From a virus, in IMG/VR virus record IMGVR_UViG_3300030380_005901, positions 32,001-96,000 of that record: 64,000 nucleotides of DNA. One strand, 5' to 3'. The translations under genes were made by a program, and so were the position numbers. Under the pieces are notes generated by a model, which worked only from the letters and a program-made list of their open reading frames with translations, did not search any database and was not told where the DNA came from. This document shows positions 38,105-47,360 of this stretch, one piece after another (positions within the stretch are counted from its first letter, which is position 1; the number at the start of each line of letters is the position of its first letter).

Positions 38105-40222
38105 CTATTCACTAAATAAATCGTTATCCAAAGGATATTCAACACGAGGATTTCTTATAAAAGTAGTATTAACTGTGTAGTCCACTGGTTGAGGGGTTAT
38201 CGTTCTACTAACCCATTCTCTAATGTGTCTTGTTTCCCCATCTCTATTTGTAGTATCTATACCTTCAGGTCTTGTTGGTCTATCGGTAAATATATCATCT
38301 CCGAAGTCAAATTGGAAGTCATCGTTGTATTCTCCCTCATCTTCAACCGCATCCTCAAGAGGAGGATTACCAAACACATCACCTAAGTCATCTAACCCAA
38401 ACACTTCTTCATTGTTATCTGTAGTATCATCAGATGTAGTTGCTAATAAACCGGTGTGTAAAGTTAGTAAATCACTATGTAGTTTTTTTCTATTAATATA
38501 TTTACTCTCTAACAATTCTATACTAATGTAATTTATCAACATATCTGCAATTATTCTGTGAAACCTACTAGGTTTTCTATTACAAGATGATAACAACTGT
38601 CTTTCTTTAATATCTATTGAATCTTTATTATCTAAATGTAACTCTAAAGCTGAGGTACTACCTTTAGTCATAATGATAAATATTCTTACTAAACCACTTT
38701 CTATTTTTTCTTTATAACCCTGACTCTGATTGTTAATACAATTTTTAAGTTTGTTTCCTGCCCATTGCATTTCTGTCTCACTAAGTATTTCTTTTATAGT
38801 AATACCTGAAGGTAAAGATAACTTATTAGAGTCTATAAGGGGTTGAGTTAGTGGTTTAGACATCATTTCTTTATATACATTAATGTCTTTTGAAATACTT
38901 TCATAAGTAGGTTTAATATTTTTATTATTCTTTTTTAACGAATCTACAATAATATATCTTAACCATTCGCCTTCTTTATTTTGTATTCTTTTAATGTCTT
39001 TGAATAACACTAATGACTCTTGTAAATTTAATCCGTATTTTTGTATTGCAAATATAAAATCTATTTCTCTTTTACAGTACTCATCTAATTCTTTTATTTG
39101 TGTTACACTAAAATCACAATTAGCGAACTCTAAGTTTATCATTATAATCTTTTGAAGATACTTTGAATTATTAATAATTAAATCACATTTTTTATGTAAC
39201 GATTTTTTTATCTTACCACTTACATAGTGGTACGCATTAATAAATGCAATGGGAGAACTATACCCCAAATAAGCTTTATCCATTATTTTCATGTTAGGTT
39301 CAGTATACTTTACTGGATGCAGTGCCCAAAGTCTATCATTATATTCTGACCATTTACTTAAGTCTCCTTCAGGAATACTAACTTCAGGATTTAACCAATT
39401 AGAAATATGTTTACTATCTTGTGACTTTTTAGTACCATTAATTTCTTCATGTCGTTTAAACCACATTTCTTTTTTATCATCAAAAAATTTTACCATTTTA
39501 AAATATGGTTTTATTTTAGAAAAATATTCCATAAACATATCTTTATATTTATGACTGAAATAAAACCCCCATTGTCTTGGCATCAATCTCCACCTAATAG
39601 AATGTATTAAGGGTTGTGAAAGTATTTCCATACACTTATCTACATCACAATAACAGTTTAATTCTTTTATCTTTTTAAATAATCTGATAGCGGTATGTCC
39701 CGGAGTATACATAGCAGAAATATCTAACTGATTTGTCCTATAAAACTCTGCGAACTGAGGTGTATAATAAAGATTTCCTGTTGATAAATCAATACCTATC
39801 TGACAACAATTGAAATCAAACCCATTTAAGATATACATATAATCTCTATTATTTTGTAAATCAATTATTTGAGATATGACTATTGTATTTAATAACCCAT
39901 CCCTTAAAACTTCTAATATTCTGTAATTAGATGCGTCATCATAACCGATATCACCAGCATAATAACCTTCTTGTATAACTAATTCTTTTGTTCTTAATGG
40001 TGTATTACCCTGAATATTTTCATGGTCCGCCTCTACAAATATATCTAAATCGTTTATGGGGTAAAGGTTATCATCATGTACACCTTTACCATTCTTCATC
40101 CTCAATAGTGTATTTGCAACTGCACCACCAGCCAAAAATCCTCTGTCAGGAATTGTTACTAATTTATTTAGTTCTTTTAATATTTTTAATGCAATGTCTT
40201 TCTCTTCTAATAGGTTTTTCAT
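38105..40222 (-). CDS. Pol-beta-superfamily nucleotidyltransferase with C-terminal PcfJ-like region
   Basis: GFLAGGAV, NDLDIFV, FDFNCCQIG; later GNKLKNCI. Confidence 0.65.
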   Translation of the reverse strand: MKNLLEEKDIALKILKELNKLVTIPDRGFLAGGAVANTLLRMKNGKGVHDDNLYPINDLDIFVEADHENIQGNTPLRTKELVIQEGYYAGDIGYDDASNYRILEVLRDGLLNTIVISQIIDLQNNRDYMYILNGFDFNCCQIGIDLSTGNLYYTPQFAEFYRTNQLDISAMYTPGHTAIRLFKKIKELNCYCDVDKCMEILSQPLIHSIRWRLMPRQWGFYFSHKYKDMFMEYFSKIKPYFKMVKFFDDKKEMWFKRHEEINGTKKSQDSKHISNWLNPEVSIPEGDLSKWSEYNDRLWALHPVKYTEPNMKIMDKAYLGYSSPIAFINAYHYVSGKIKKSLHKKCDLIINNSKYLQKIIMINLEFANCDFSVTQIKELDEYCKREIDFIFAIQKYGLNLQESLVLFKDIKRIQNKEGEWLRYIIVDSLKKNNKNIKPTYESISKDINVYKEMMSKPLTQPLIDSNKLSLPSGITIKEILSETEMQWAGNKLKNCINNQSQGYKEKIESGLVRIFIIMTKGSTSALELHLDNKDSIDIKERQLLSSCNRKPSRFHRIIADMLINYISIELLESKYINRKKLHSDLLTLHTGLLATTSDDTTDNNEEVFGLDDLGDVFGNPPLEDAVEDEGEYNDDFQFDFGDDIFTDRPTRPEGIDTTNRDGETRHIREWVSRTITPQPVDYTVNTTFIRNPRVEYPLDNDLFSE

Positions 40223-40380
40223 TCTTCGTAATAGTTTACATATAAAAGATAGCTAGGAATAACTATCCCACAAATTATTAAAATATACCCAACCACGGGT
40301 AATATAGTTAAAACACCAATAAAGGTGGATATGGCAATAATACACCATAATATTATTTTTTGTATTTCTGATTTATTCAT
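40219..40380 (-). CDS. Small membrane protein (not in ORF track)
   Basis: MNKSEIQKIILWCIIAISTFIGVLTILPVVGYILIICGIVIPSYLLYVNYYEE; overlaps both neighbours. Confidence 0.65.
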   Translation of the reverse strand: MNKSEIQKIILWCIIAISTFIGVLTILPVVGYILIICGIVIPSYLLYVNYYEE

Positions 40381-41347
40381 AACTTTCTATTTGTAAAAGA
40401 TCGGATATATACATTTTAATATCTTCTGGATTAAAACCATCCTCATACATATCTATAACAGAATCTACTATTTTATCTGATACGATATCATAATCATTTT
40501 CAATATATTTAAACCAATTATCATATTCCTTAATGTCTTCTACTTCTTCTTCGTATTGAACAACATTTCTTTTATAATCATTAATACCTAAATGATGTAT
40601 TAATTTAATTCCCATATGTAAAGATTTCTTTACTTCATCAATTACAACATATTCAGTATCTCTATGTTGTTGGTAATAACCACAACCTAAGTTTATGCAG
40701 TTGAAGTCAAATTTTTGGGCTAACTGATTTACATCCGTAAAAGGATCATTACTAAATTTTGTATAACCACCTTCACTTAAAACTGTTTTTACATTATCCT
40801 TAAATTCATCATCAAAAATTTTAACACCACTACATACTTCAGTAATCCAATTGGCAGATGGTGCATCGAATTGTATTGCATACCCCACATTTTTGAAGAA
40901 TTCGTCACAAGCTTCTCTAGATCCTAACATACCAATCTCTTCTTCGACAAAAAACGCACCTTTTAAAATATCCATATGTAAGAAAAGTGATAAACACACA
41001 AACACACCACACTTATCATCTCCACCAATACCTGTTTGTTCATTAGTTAATGGATTATATGCAATTAAATCACCTTTAACATTCTCTACAATGTCTAACC
41101 TTCTTTTCTCGTTAATTAAATCTATATGTGATCTGTGTACGGTATCTATGTGTGAAACTACGCAAGGGTAGTATTCACCTAAAGTTACTCTATCCTTACC
41201 TTTAGTTAGATATACGTTACCTTTTTTATCTAACACATAATCAATTTGATTATCTATTGCAAATTCTACGATATAATCTCTCAACATACTTTCATTACCA
41301 GATATTGATGGTATTGATAGTACGTCTTTTAAAAATTTCTTATCCAT
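40373..41347 (-). CDS. M20/M28 zinc peptidase family
   Basis: SHIDTVH, GGDDKCG, EEEIG..GS, QFD, GYY..H. Confidence 0.85.
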   Translation of the reverse strand: MDKKFLKDVLSIPSISGNESMLRDYIVEFAIDNQIDYVLDKKGNVYLTKGKDRVTLGEYYPCVVSHIDTVHRSHIDLINEKRRLDIVENVKGDLIAYNPLTNEQTGIGGDDKCGVFVCLSLFLHMDILKGAFFVEEEIGMLGSREACDEFFKNVGYAIQFDAPSANWITEVCSGVKIFDDEFKDNVKTVLSEGGYTKFSNDPFTDVNQLAQKFDFNCINLGCGYYQQHRDTEYVVIDEVKKSLHMGIKLIHHLGINDYKRNVVQYEEEVEDIKEYDNWFKYIENDYDIVSDKIVDSVIDMYEDGFNPEDIKMYISDLLQIESYE

Positions 41348-41362
41348 AACAATTAATTTATA

Positions 41363-41394
41363 CAAATATAGGTATAATATATTAAAAAACCAAA
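41363..41394 (-). promoter_or_regulatory. Bacteroidota sigma-A promoter
   Basis: TTTG-N20-TATATTTG. Confidence 0.75.
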
Positions 41395-41402
41395 TTATTA
41401 TG

Positions 41403-41418
41403 TAACAAATTTATGACA
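41403..41418. promoter_or_regulatory. PhoB/OmpR-type direct repeat TAACA-N6-TGACA
   Basis: taaca aattta tgaca, 30 nt before TATTTAT at 41449. Confidence 0.45.
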
Positions 41419-41494
41419 AATTTTATTTACAATTAATGGTTTTGGGTGTATTTATTATTAAAGTTAATAAAAAAATTTAAAAAAAACAAATATT

Positions 41495-41587
41495 ATGGGA
41501 TGTGGATGTAAAAAAAGAAAACCAACACCAGCTAAACCAAAGCCAGCTAATACAACAACACCAACACCAAAACCAAAATCTAAGTAA
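41495..41587 (+). CDS. 30-aa MGCGCK basic Pro/Thr-rich peptide (not in ORF track)
   Basis: MGCGCKKRKPTPAKPKPANTTTPTPKPKSK; own TATTTAT motif and A-rich leader. Confidence 0.7.
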   Translation: MGCGCKKRKPTPAKPKPANTTTPTPKPKSK

Positions 41588-42067
41588 TTAGTTTAATTCA
41601 TTCGCTGGTCCTCTATTGGGACTAACCGACCACGGACTATTATCTAATGTATTTGCAGGACCTCTTGTAGGGCTAACACCCCAAGGACTATTATCTAATG
41701 TATTCGCTGGTCCTCTATTGGGTGAAACACTCCAAACTGAACCTGATCCACCACCACTTGAACCACCGGAATCAGAAGTGCCACCCTCTTCTTCCTCAAT
41801 TAATTCATCGTCATCATCATCTATAGTATCTATATTATACTCATTAACCACAAATCCAAAACCTTGTTCTTTATCATAATATCCTAAGTATACCCCATCT
41901 TGATCGAAAACAACTACTTCATGTGGACTACTTTTAAATGTTAAATCATTAGGTGAGTCTACCCAAGATAATATATTAAGATACCATTGTTTAGGGTCAG
42001 TAACTGTTTCTCCAAACTCTCTTAGGACAATCTTCTTATATTGTGATTCTGTTAGTTTAATCTTCAT
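41588..42067 (-). CDS. Putative head-packaged protein with three 17-aa RGPAN repeats
   Basis: MKIKLTESQY leader; W.VSP.RGPAN.L three times. Confidence 0.7.
   Translation of the reverse strand: MKIKLTESQYKKIVLREFGETVTDPKQWYLNILSWVDSPNDLTFKSSPHEVVVFDQDGVYLGYYDKEQGFGFVVNEYNIDTIDDDDDELIEEEEGGTSDSGGSSGGGSGSVWSVSPNRGPANTLDNSPWGVSPTRGPANTLDNSPWSVSPNRGPANELN
41591..41734. repeat. 51-bp tandem repeat, about three copies
   Basis: ttcgctggtcctctattggg at 41601 and 41703, synonymous variant at 41652. Confidence 0.85.
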
Positions 42068-42074
42068 TACCTAT

Positions 42075-42602
42075 TTATTTACATATATCATCCACAGTAA
42101 CACCTAATTTTGACATAATTTCAGTCATCATTGAGTTTATACCTCTACCAATTGTACCATACTTTGTTCTCATATGTTGTTCTATTTCATCTAAGATTTC
42201 TTTAGAAAGTACTGCACCACCAAAATTACTAACTAATGGTTTTGCAACTTTAAGAACTGTCTGAAGTAATCCGCCATTCGCTTTATCATATAATGCTTCT
42301 AAAACTTGTTCTGGTTTAACTTTCATATCTAAAGACATTCTAGTGATAAAATCATCTAAAGATTCTGCGGCTTGTTTAGCTGCCTCTTTAGGGTTAGTAC
42401 AAAATTGTTTTTCGTCTGAAACTACTGTGTTTAGTTTCTCTATAAAACCTTTTAATCCATCTTTATATTTAGTTACTAATTTAATGAAAGGTAATTTTAT
42501 CTTTTCCTTTTCATCTTCAGTCAAATAACTTTTAGTTTCTCCTAATAATCTTTTATTAGATTCTAACATTAATTCTCTTTTTAATTTTGCTAATCGTCCC
42601 AT
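42075..42602 (-). CDS. Hypothetical helical protein (ESNKRLLGE leader)
   Basis: ORF in operon. Confidence 0.6.
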   Translation of the reverse strand: MGRLAKLKRELMLESNKRLLGETKSYLTEDEKEKIKLPFIKLVTKYKDGLKGFIEKLNTVVSDEKQFCTNPKEAAKQAAESLDDFITRMSLDMKVKPEQVLEALYDKANGGLLQTVLKVAKPLVSNFGGAVLSKEILDEIEQHMRTKYGTIGRGINSMMTEIMSKLGVTVDDICK

Positions 42603-42604
42603 TT

Positions 42605-43285
42605 TTATCCTATATTTTTTAATAAATTATTTATTTTATTTCTTGATAAGTCGTTTTGGAGTGATTGTATACCCATACTAACATCATCTTTTATATATGG
42701 TAGAACCTCAAATTTACCATCTATATCATCATCATAGAAATCATTTTGTACCATTCCTTTTTGTGGGAATACCCCATCTACTATATCTATATCAAATTCC
42801 TTAACTACCGCATCCAAATCCAACTCATTCATATCACCCACTTCAAAGTCATTTTCTGAACCATGTGTAATTGTACTTAATGCTTCTTGTGGAGTTCTAC
42901 CCATTGCGTAAACTCTACCTGAAGGATATCCTCTACCTGTCAATTCAACAACTGTAGGTATGTGAGTAGGTATTTGCCATATACCCATAAACTCCATAGG
43001 TTTACCCAATAACTCATTTAAATCATCTTGTGAATGAAAATCCACCATAACTTTAAAGTTATGAGCTAAAATAATTGCTTCTTCTTGTGTAAGTACCAAA
43101 CTATTCACTATATAGTCTACAATATCCGAATTCATTTTCAATCCACCGTTTTGGATTTTATCTCTAATTTGTTTAAATACTTTTATTGTGAAAGCATCAA
43201 CAGTTTTACTAACTCTACCCCATTCATCACCGGTATTCTCAGTTAGTAATCTACTATATTGTTTTTCTGTTAATTTTACTTTCAT
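42605..43285 (-). CDS. Shared-N-domain family, divergent member
   Basis: MKVKLTEKQYSRLLTE; LGKPMEF.G paralogous to 43287. Confidence 0.65.
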   Translation of the reverse strand: MKVKLTEKQYSRLLTENTGDEWGRVSKTVDAFTIKVFKQIRDKIQNGGLKMNSDIVDYIVNSLVLTQEEAIILAHNFKVMVDFHSQDDLNELLGKPMEFMGIWQIPTHIPTVVELTGRGYPSGRVYAMGRTPQEALSTITHGSENDFEVGDMNELDLDAVVKEFDIDIVDGVFPQKGMVQNDFYDDDIDGKFEVLPYIKDDVSMGIQSLQNDLSRNKINNLLKNIG

Positions 43286-43286
43286 T

Positions 43287-43901
43287 CTATTTATTTACTA
43301 ATTCTACATTATCTATTAAATCATCTCTTAAATCGCTTACTCTTTGAGCAACGTGATCATCGAGATATCCCTCATCTACCTCCCAGTCAATATCCGCCGC
43401 ATGATACTCTATATAATCGTTATGATCTACGTCATAATTATAGTATTCACCGTCTTCTAATTGATCTAAAAACTCTTCTTCATTACGTGCATATCCTGTA
43501 TACTTACCTGATTGGTATCCATTTAAATATCCTCTCATAGGAATTTCTTCATTAACTTCAAACTCCCCATAAAACTCTAATGGCTCACCCAACATTTCAC
43601 TAAAATCTCCCTCATAATTTTTAGGGTCGAGTTTATCCCATAGTAAAAGATAGTTATAACAGATAACTAAAGATACTGCGTTTGGTATTGCTAAATCTTG
43701 TGCCACCTTTTGTGAGTAGGTAGGTATATTTCTTAAGTTATTAAAACTAGGATAGTGTTTCCTCATAAAATTGTAACATTTTATAATAAACTTATCAACC
43801 TTATTACCTATCTCTTTAAAGTTAACACTACCATCAAGAAAATCTTTATCATTTTCTTTTAATAATCTACTATATTGGCTCTCCCGTAATTTGATCCTCA
43901 T
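43287..43901 (-). CDS. Shared-N-domain family, divergent member
   Basis: MRIKLRESQYSRLLKE; LGEPLEFYG. Confidence 0.65.
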   Translation of the reverse strand: MRIKLRESQYSRLLKENDKDFLDGSVNFKEIGNKVDKFIIKCYNFMRKHYPSFNNLRNIPTYSQKVAQDLAIPNAVSLVICYNYLLLWDKLDPKNYEGDFSEMLGEPLEFYGEFEVNEEIPMRGYLNGYQSGKYTGYARNEEEFLDQLEDGEYYNYDVDHNDYIEYHAADIDWEVDEGYLDDHVAQRVSDLRDDLIDNVELVNK

Positions 43902-44301
43902 AGTCTTCGTCTTCAGTTTCTTTTTTAAGTGTTTCACCTATTATATATGAACCAACAAATGGTGTAAGTGCTGCAAAATATGCACTCATACCCATTAAGT
44001 CTGCATGATTAATAATTGTAAATACACCAATTAATAACCATAAACCAACAGTTACATATATTATTATTTCTCTTTTACTAGATTTACCCGATTTAAATAT
44101 AGAGGTATCATCACTACTTCTTTTGGTTTCTCCATACATATACGCCCCTGCAAATCCTGTTAATGATATGAAGTAAGCAGCTAATTCATTAAAATTAGTG
44201 TCAAAATATGTACCTAATACACCAATACCGACCCAAAGTAATATTATAACATATGTTAAACATTCTCTTTTTGAGTCACAACATCTTCTTAAAAATTTCA
44301 T
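43870..44301 (-). CDS. Four-TM protein with internal duplication (holin-like)
   Basis: SKRE..Y...LW..IGV...AYF..LT.F.G.Y..GET occurs twice. Confidence 0.6.
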   Translation of the reverse strand: MKFLRRCCDSKRECLTYVIILLWVGIGVLGTYFDTNFNELAAYFISLTGFAGAYMYGETKRSSDDTSIFKSGKSSKREIIIYVTVGLWLLIGVFTIINHADLMGMSAYFAALTPFVGSYIIGETLKKETEDEDYEDQITGEPI

Positions 44302-44334
44302 AATTATGTTTATTAATAAATATAGTGTAAGCAT

Positions 44335-44360
44335 AAAAAAAACCCATCCGAAGATGGGTT
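44335..44360 (-). terminator. Intrinsic terminator
   Basis: AACCCATC-TTCG-GATGGGTT-T6. Confidence 0.85.
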
Positions 44361-44383
44361 AGTTGTTCTCATTGGTGAGTATT

Positions 44384-44539
44384 TTACTTCTTAAATGCTA
44401 AGAAAAATTCTCTAACACCAAAACCACCAGCAAAAAAAGCATAATTAATACTTCCATTAATAAATAATGCTACTGCAATTCCTCCACAACAAGCTGCTTT
44501 AAACCAAGACTTGTTTACTATTTCTATTACTTTATCCAT
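44384..44539 (-). CDS. Small membrane protein (not in ORF track)
   Basis: MDKVIEIVNKSWFKAACCGGIAVALFINGSINYAFFAGGFGVREFFLAFKK. Confidence 0.65.
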   Translation of the reverse strand: MDKVIEIVNKSWFKAACCGGIAVALFINGSINYAFFAGGFGVREFFLAFKK

Positions 44540-44566
44540 AATATTCATTTTTATTTATGTTATTAT

Positions 44567-45157
44567 CTACCCTTCGGTAGTTTCCGACTCTAATTTATTT
44601 CCTAAATTATGATGAGCCAAACTTTTCATATCACTTCTGATTTCACTTACCTTCTCATAAAATTCTTCCATTGCATAATCATATTCTTGACTATGGTATT
44701 CACCCTCTGGAATTTCATAATCATCTTCATCAGGATATTCTATTTCTTCATCATGTTCTTCATGATTAAATCCGTTTTTATTGATTACGAATCCACCTAT
44801 AGGTGTAGTCGCCTCATTTTCATAATCACCGTCTATCTCACATTCTGGATCGAGTGAAGAACATATATTATATATGTGTTGTACAAATTCTAATGGTGGA
44901 TACCACGCTGAAGTTGTTATTATTTCTGCAACCTCACCTTCAATATCTACCCAAAATTCATCATGATAACACCATTTAGCACCAACATTATCACCATACC
45001 ATGCATATGTATTTTCCATATTATCATAAAATCCGCTTATTAGTGCAGTATGATTATCATTATTATTTTCTTCAACTTTAATTTTTATTTCTTCTAATTT
45101 TTCCATCACTTCTTTATTTCCTGTGATGTTAATTGTTGTATATACGTGATTAGCCAT
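44567..45157 (-). CDS. DUF1281/YubB-like ferredoxin-fold protein
   Basis: MANHV...I.ITG, W...N.GAKW, SAWYPP. Confidence 0.7.
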   Translation of the reverse strand: MANHVYTTINITGNKEVMEKLEEIKIKVEENNNDNHTALISGFYDNMENTYAWYGDNVGAKWCYHDEFWVDIEGEVAEIITTSAWYPPLEFVQHIYNICSSLDPECEIDGDYENEATTPIGGFVINKNGFNHEEHDEEIEYPDEDDYEIPEGEYHSQEYDYAMEEFYEKVSEIRSDMKSLAHHNLGNKLESETTEG

Positions 45158-45170
45158 ATTTCTTTAAATT

Positions 45171-45196
45171 AAAAAAGGGGACTAACAGTCCCCTTT
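45171..45196 (-). terminator. Intrinsic terminator
   Basis: AAAGGGGACT-GTT-AGTCCCC-T6. Confidence 0.8.
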
Positions 45197-45212
45197 AATT
45201 GTTATTTAGTCT

Positions 45213-45395
45213 TTAAACTGATTCCCCTACCCATTTAACTACTGACTCTAAACCATAGATTTCAGTAATCTTATTGATAAACCTTTTAGGGTTTTTTCTG
45301 ATATAAGTTAGTGATTCAGTTGGTACTTCATTTCCTGAAGGTCCAAAAAGAGTTACTAAAGACTCTTCTCTTGTTTTTTTCAATGTTTTACTCAT
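45213..45395 (-). CDS. Hypothetical protein
   Basis: ORF. Confidence 0.5.
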   Translation of the reverse strand: MSKTLKKTREESLVTLFGPSGNEVPTESLTYIRKNPKRFINKITEIYGLESVVKWVGESV

Positions 45396-45483
45396 TTTGA
45401 AATTGATTTTTTATTTTTGTTATTATTATTACACAATGTTAGTGATTTTATTTTTAATAATCAACCCCTAAATTAAAAAAAAA

Positions 45484-45909
45484 TTACTCTACCTCTAATA
45501 ATTCTACTTCAAACATTAATTTTTTACCAGCCAATGGGTGATTTGCGTCTACTTTTACATCATTTTCATTAATTTCAGTAACAGTAACATTAATAGTTCC
45601 TCTATCACCAGAAGACTGTAATACATCACCTACTTTAACTCCTTCAGGCATTTGTGTTTTTGGTACAACTGTCACCAAACCATCTAAGTATTCTCCATAC
45701 GCTTCAGTAGGCTCAATCTCAATGGTTTTATTTTCACCTTCATTCATACCTAATAAACCCTTTTCAAAACCAGGAATTAAATTTCCTTGTCCTAATATTG
45801 TTTTTAGTGGCTCTCTACCTTCTCCTAAAGAAGTATCAAATACTGTCCCATCCTCAAATTTTCCAGTATAGTTGACTTTAATTGTTTTTCCTGTTTCTAC
45901 TTTTGACAT
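45484..45909 (-). CDS. FKBP-type peptidyl-prolyl isomerase (SlyD/FkpB-like)
   Basis: YTG..EDGTVFDTS, LIPGFE, EAYGE, DANHPLAGK. Confidence 0.92.
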   Translation of the reverse strand: MSKVETGKTIKVNYTGKFEDGTVFDTSLGEGREPLKTILGQGNLIPGFEKGLLGMNEGENKTIEIEPTEAYGEYLDGLVTVVPKTQMPEGVKVGDVLQSSGDRGTINVTVTEINENDVKVDANHPLAGKKLMFEVELLEVE

Positions 45910-45992
45910 TTTTTAAAATTTTATTTTTTTTATTAATACATACAATAATAACGTTTAATTATATAGTAGTAAAGGTATTTAAGATTTATTTT

Positions 45993-46343
45993 TGGTGGAG
46001 ATGGGGGGATTCGAACCCCCGTCTTGCCCGTCATCCATATGAGATCTTTTTACAGGTTTAGGATAAGTTTTTCTAAACTTCCAAAAATTGATAGATTTTC
46101 GTTAACTGTAAGGTCGTCACTGGCAAATCACTATCATTACCAATATCTCTCGATACAACACCATTTACTTCCTTTGACATCTTAGCAACTTACAAGTATA
46201 CTCAGTTACATGATGTGCTTAGCATCTAATCTAATTAGGCTGCCATAGCATACTCAGCGTTTCCGGCTAAGGTTTTGATGAAGGTCATCACCCATACCTG
46301 AATCTTCACACTTCTCTACGTCAATCAATTCCGTGTCATCCCC
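45993..46343 (-). ncRNA. ssrA: tmRNA
   Basis: 5' GGGGATG pairs with CATCTCC-A-CCA including G3:U; T-arm GGGGG-TTCGAAT-CCCCC; tag frame 46264-46235 GNAEYAMAA*. Confidence 0.95.
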
Positions 46344-46445
46344 ATATCTTTGACTATATAGTTTTTCTTCCATATATAGTTGTTGATAATGTTTTTCCAT
46401 TTCTTCAACGTACACTTCTTCGTAAAGTTGTTTAACTCTTCCCAT
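46254..46445 (-). CDS. Small ORF reading 90 nt into tmRNA
   Basis: MGRVKQLYEE...; TTTG-N20-TATATTTA element just upstream. Confidence 0.45.
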   Translation of the reverse strand: MGRVKQLYEEVYVEEMEKHYQQLYMEEKLYSQRYGDDTELIDVEKCEDSGMGDDLHQNLSRKR

Positions 46446-46493
46446 AATGGTAAATATAATAAATAAAATTCAAAAAAACAAATATTTATTAGT

Positions 46494-46919
46494 ATGGAAA
46501 AGAAAAAATATACAGTTAATTATAAAATAAATATTAACGAAGAATTAGTAGAAGAAAAAAAAGATTTTACTTTAGTTTCAGATCATCCAGATAATATTGA
46601 CGGTATTAATGTATTATTGTCGGAGTTAGATGATATCAACTTAAAAATACACCCCAAAGAAATTGTTGTGAAGAAAACATCAATTCCTCCATCATTAGCA
46701 TATGGTAAACATAATAAAAAATTAATGGGTACTGTCCCTAAAACATTACTTTATGAAGATTGTAAAGTAGGGGATTATGTATTAATAAATTTAAAAGATG
46801 ATACTACACAAAGAGGAGAAATTAAAAAAGTAGATAAAGAAAGTGTTATAGTAGATTGTAATCACCCTTTAGTGGATAAAACTTTAGACTTAGAACTAGA
46901 AATTATTAGTGTAAAATAA
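46494..46919 (+). CDS. Degenerate SlyD-like FKBP paralog
   Basis: IPPSLAYG and VDCNHPLVDKTL kept; N-terminal DG..FD and GFE motifs lost. Confidence 0.75.
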   Translation: MEKKKYTVNYKININEELVEEKKDFTLVSDHPDNIDGINVLLSELDDINLKIHPKEIVVKKTSIPPSLAYGKHNKKLMGTVPKTLLYEDCKVGDYVLINLKDDTTQRGEIKKVDKESVIVDCNHPLVDKTLDLELEIISVK

Positions 46920-46943
46920 AAAAACCCTCATTGAGGGTTTTTT
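46918..46943. terminator. Bidirectional intrinsic terminator
   Basis: A7-CCCTCA-T-TGAGGG-T6 between convergent genes. Confidence 0.75.
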
Positions 46944-46967
46944 GTTATAATCTATTTTATTGTTATT

Positions 46968-47360
46968 TTAATCAGTTAATAACTGTTTACTATCTTTTTT
47001 GTCTACTAGTCCGGCAATAGTACCTTCCAGACTCTGTATTTTATCGTATAATTTATCTGTTCTACTATCAATCATACGTCTCATCTCATCAAACTCTCTT
47101 TCTGTTTTTTCAGAGTTCATTTCATATTCACCCCATAAAGCTCTTTCTACCTCATGTGATTTTTTATTAATATCATCCTCAATCGAAGATATTTCATTAT
47201 ATATTCTCTCTATCTCTCTTTGGTTATCATATTCATTCATTTTATATCTTTCTACATCAACCTTACCTTTAAATTTGTTAAAAACGATCACAACCGCTAA
47301 TACGATCCCAACCACCAATAACGTAGATAAAACTGATACTGTTACTAAAATTGTTTCCAT
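46968..47360 (-). CDS. Membrane-anchored coiled-coil protein
   Basis: N-terminal TM; IDSRTDKL. Confidence 0.65.
   Translation of the reverse strand: METILVTVSVLSTLLVVGIVLAVVIVFNKFKGKVDVERYKMNEYDNQREIERIYNEISSIEDDINKKSHEVERALWGEYEMNSEKTEREFDEMRRMIDSRTDKLYDKIQSLEGTIAGLVDKKDSKQLLTD

Noticed and set aside
41591-41734. CRISPR or TIGR-like array
   Set aside because: Contiguous in-frame coding repeats with synonymous changes and no spacers. No array was seen elsewhere in the window.
45993-46022. tRNA gene suggested by the T-arm and CCA
   Set aside because: The matching 5' strand is about 350 nt away with a tag frame in between, so this is tmRNA.
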